Origin: Candidatus Methanophagaceae archaeon
Lineage (GTDB): Archaea; Halobacteriota; Syntropharchaeia; Alkanophagales; Methanospirareceae
Direction: 5' to 3'
DNA length: 32,000 nt
NCBI GenBank assembly: GCA_003194425.1
Contig: PQXB01000001.1
Coordinates: 160,444 to 192,443, forward strand
Part shown: piece after piece, positions 31,125 to 32,000 of the stretch
How the letters are laid out: each line of letters starts with the position of its first letter
Numbering within the stretch: position 1 is the first letter of the stretch
Notes under the pieces: generated by a model
What the model saw: the letters and a program-made list of their open reading frames with translations, nothing else
Database searches by the model: none
Told to the model about the DNA's origin: nothing
Position numbers and translations under genes: made by a program

Positions 31125-31958
31125 TCAGCCCCCCCTTTTTCTCGGCTTACCTGTCTTAATAATCGCGTAAACCAACCCCGCAATCACGCTTATCGCTAAT
31201 ATCGGCAGGGGGAAGAAAGCGAAACCGAAACCTTCCGCTGAGCTGTGAAAGTCAAAAATCGTGAAGAGACTTTTCGCGGGTCCGATTGTAAAAGATTCTA
31301 CTCCCAAAATATCAAGAGCCATTGGCGCTGTTCCCATCAGAAGCCCCAGCGCAAAAAAACAGAGAATAAATACTTTGAAAAATTTGGAGGCAAATCCTGT
31401 TGCAGAGATATTCAGGAGCTTGTCTGTTTCTCTGCCATAAATTATCAGCCCGTTTTTTCGGTCTTCCAGCAATACTTCTTTCGGATATCTCAGCACGTTA
31501 CGGGTCACCCACAGATCGCCCACCGCTCCGGAAGCGTTTACTACAAGCGGTAGCAGGATCCAGTGCGCAACCGAAGGGAAAGCAGCCATTAAACCAATCC
31601 CCGCCAGAGAAATCACGACCAACGGCGCAATCGCGATCACAATGAACTGGTTGCGTCGAAAAGCAGTTTTTGTTGTGGCGTAGAAATAGGGGAGGATGAA
31701 ATATGCAATGCCCGCGCCGTAACTCGGCTTGCCACCATATTTTGTCATAAATACGCCGTGAATGAGTTCGTGCAGCACCAGTGTGCCAATGAAGAGTGCT
31801 GCTGAAATGAGAATTGTGCCGCCGCTCGTGAAGTCAAAGTTAAAGCCAACTTTCCCTGTAAATTGAGAATAGAGTGCAGTGAAAAAAAATGCAAACGCAA
31901 ACAGAGCCAATGTCCCCACCCCAATTAGCGTAACTACAACCTCTTTTGACATCTCCAA
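31125..31958 (-). CDS. DUF3267-like putative membrane zincin peptidase
   Basis: 277 aa, polytopic. An HELIHG motif follows a TM helix. The start is TTG at 31958 or ATG at 31952. Confidence 0.6.
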   Translation of the reverse strand: MEMSKEVVVTLIGVGTLALFAFAFFFTALYSQFTGKVGFNFDFTSGGTILISAALFIGTLVLHELIHGVFMTKYGGKPSYGAGIAYFILPYFYATTKTAFRRNQFIVIAIAPLVVISLAGIGLMAAFPSVAHWILLPLVVNASGAVGDLWVTRNVLRYPKEVLLEDRKNGLIIYGRETDKLLNISATGFASKFFKVFILCFFALGLLMGTAPMALDILGVESFTIGPAKSLFTIFDFHSSAEGFGFAFFPLPILAISVIAGLVYAIIKTGKPRKRGG

Positions 31959-32000
31959 CCTGCCAAGCTCTTTACGCCCGTCAACGTCAAGGTTGAGTGG

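Noticed and set aside
30974-31183. 69-aa minus-strand ORF. From its internal ATG at 31123 it reads MLVQEIVNTISQLLLATLIPFIVYLAKHKTNKGFLEYVGLYN, which resembles the N-terminus of CPBP proteases and could be a gene remnant.
   Set aside because: It is too short and the similarity is impressionistic. Its 5' part overlaps the DUF3267-like gene. I could not support it as either a gene or a pseudogene without a search.

Overview
Archaeal chromosomal window. The evidence is aIF2-gamma, an mtr operon, a presenilin homologue, the AcnX large subunit, and TATA-type promoters positioned for leaderless mRNAs. I recognised no rRNA, tRNA, CRISPR array, integrase or transposase.

The GC-rich core contains the following genes:
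- mtrEDCBAFG on the minus strand (1-4260); mtrH is presumably beyond the left edge.
- Directly upstream, a NuoE-like / NuoF(HydB-type)-like / [2Fe-2S + 2x4Fe-4S]-FrhB fusion cluster (4312-8256).
- queE, aIF2-gamma, two acyl-CoA dehydrogenases and a phosphohexomutase.
- A secreted protein with a PEP/PEF-CTERM-like tail, an SNase-like nuclease, a CPBP protease, a presenilin/SPP homologue and DUF357.
- An orphan SPPY DNA methyltransferase.
- A CdhA-like protein that appears to have lost its metal-cluster ligands, with a small Zn-ribbon gene upstream.
- The AcnX large subunit and a DUF3267-like membrane protein.

Two visibly AT-rich accessory inserts interrupt this core:
1. About 18.0-23.5 kb carries a small ORF, a PIN gene, an MNT gene and a tightly coupled four-gene operon. 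The operon encodes three polytopic membrane proteins and a SIR2(NADase-type)-helical-repeat-TM protein. This is my best candidate for an undescribed membrane-associated NAD-depletion defence system.
2. 27.4-29.05 kb is a type II R-M cassette whose endonuclease is split by a perfect 22-bp tandem duplication while the methyltransferase is intact.

Two recurring peculiarities are directly visible. Perfect short tandem repeats, all multiples of 3 bp, are inserted in frame in conserved genes. Long polypurine spacers lie on the sense strand between cistrons.

All family assignments come from motif recognition by eye. No searches were run.
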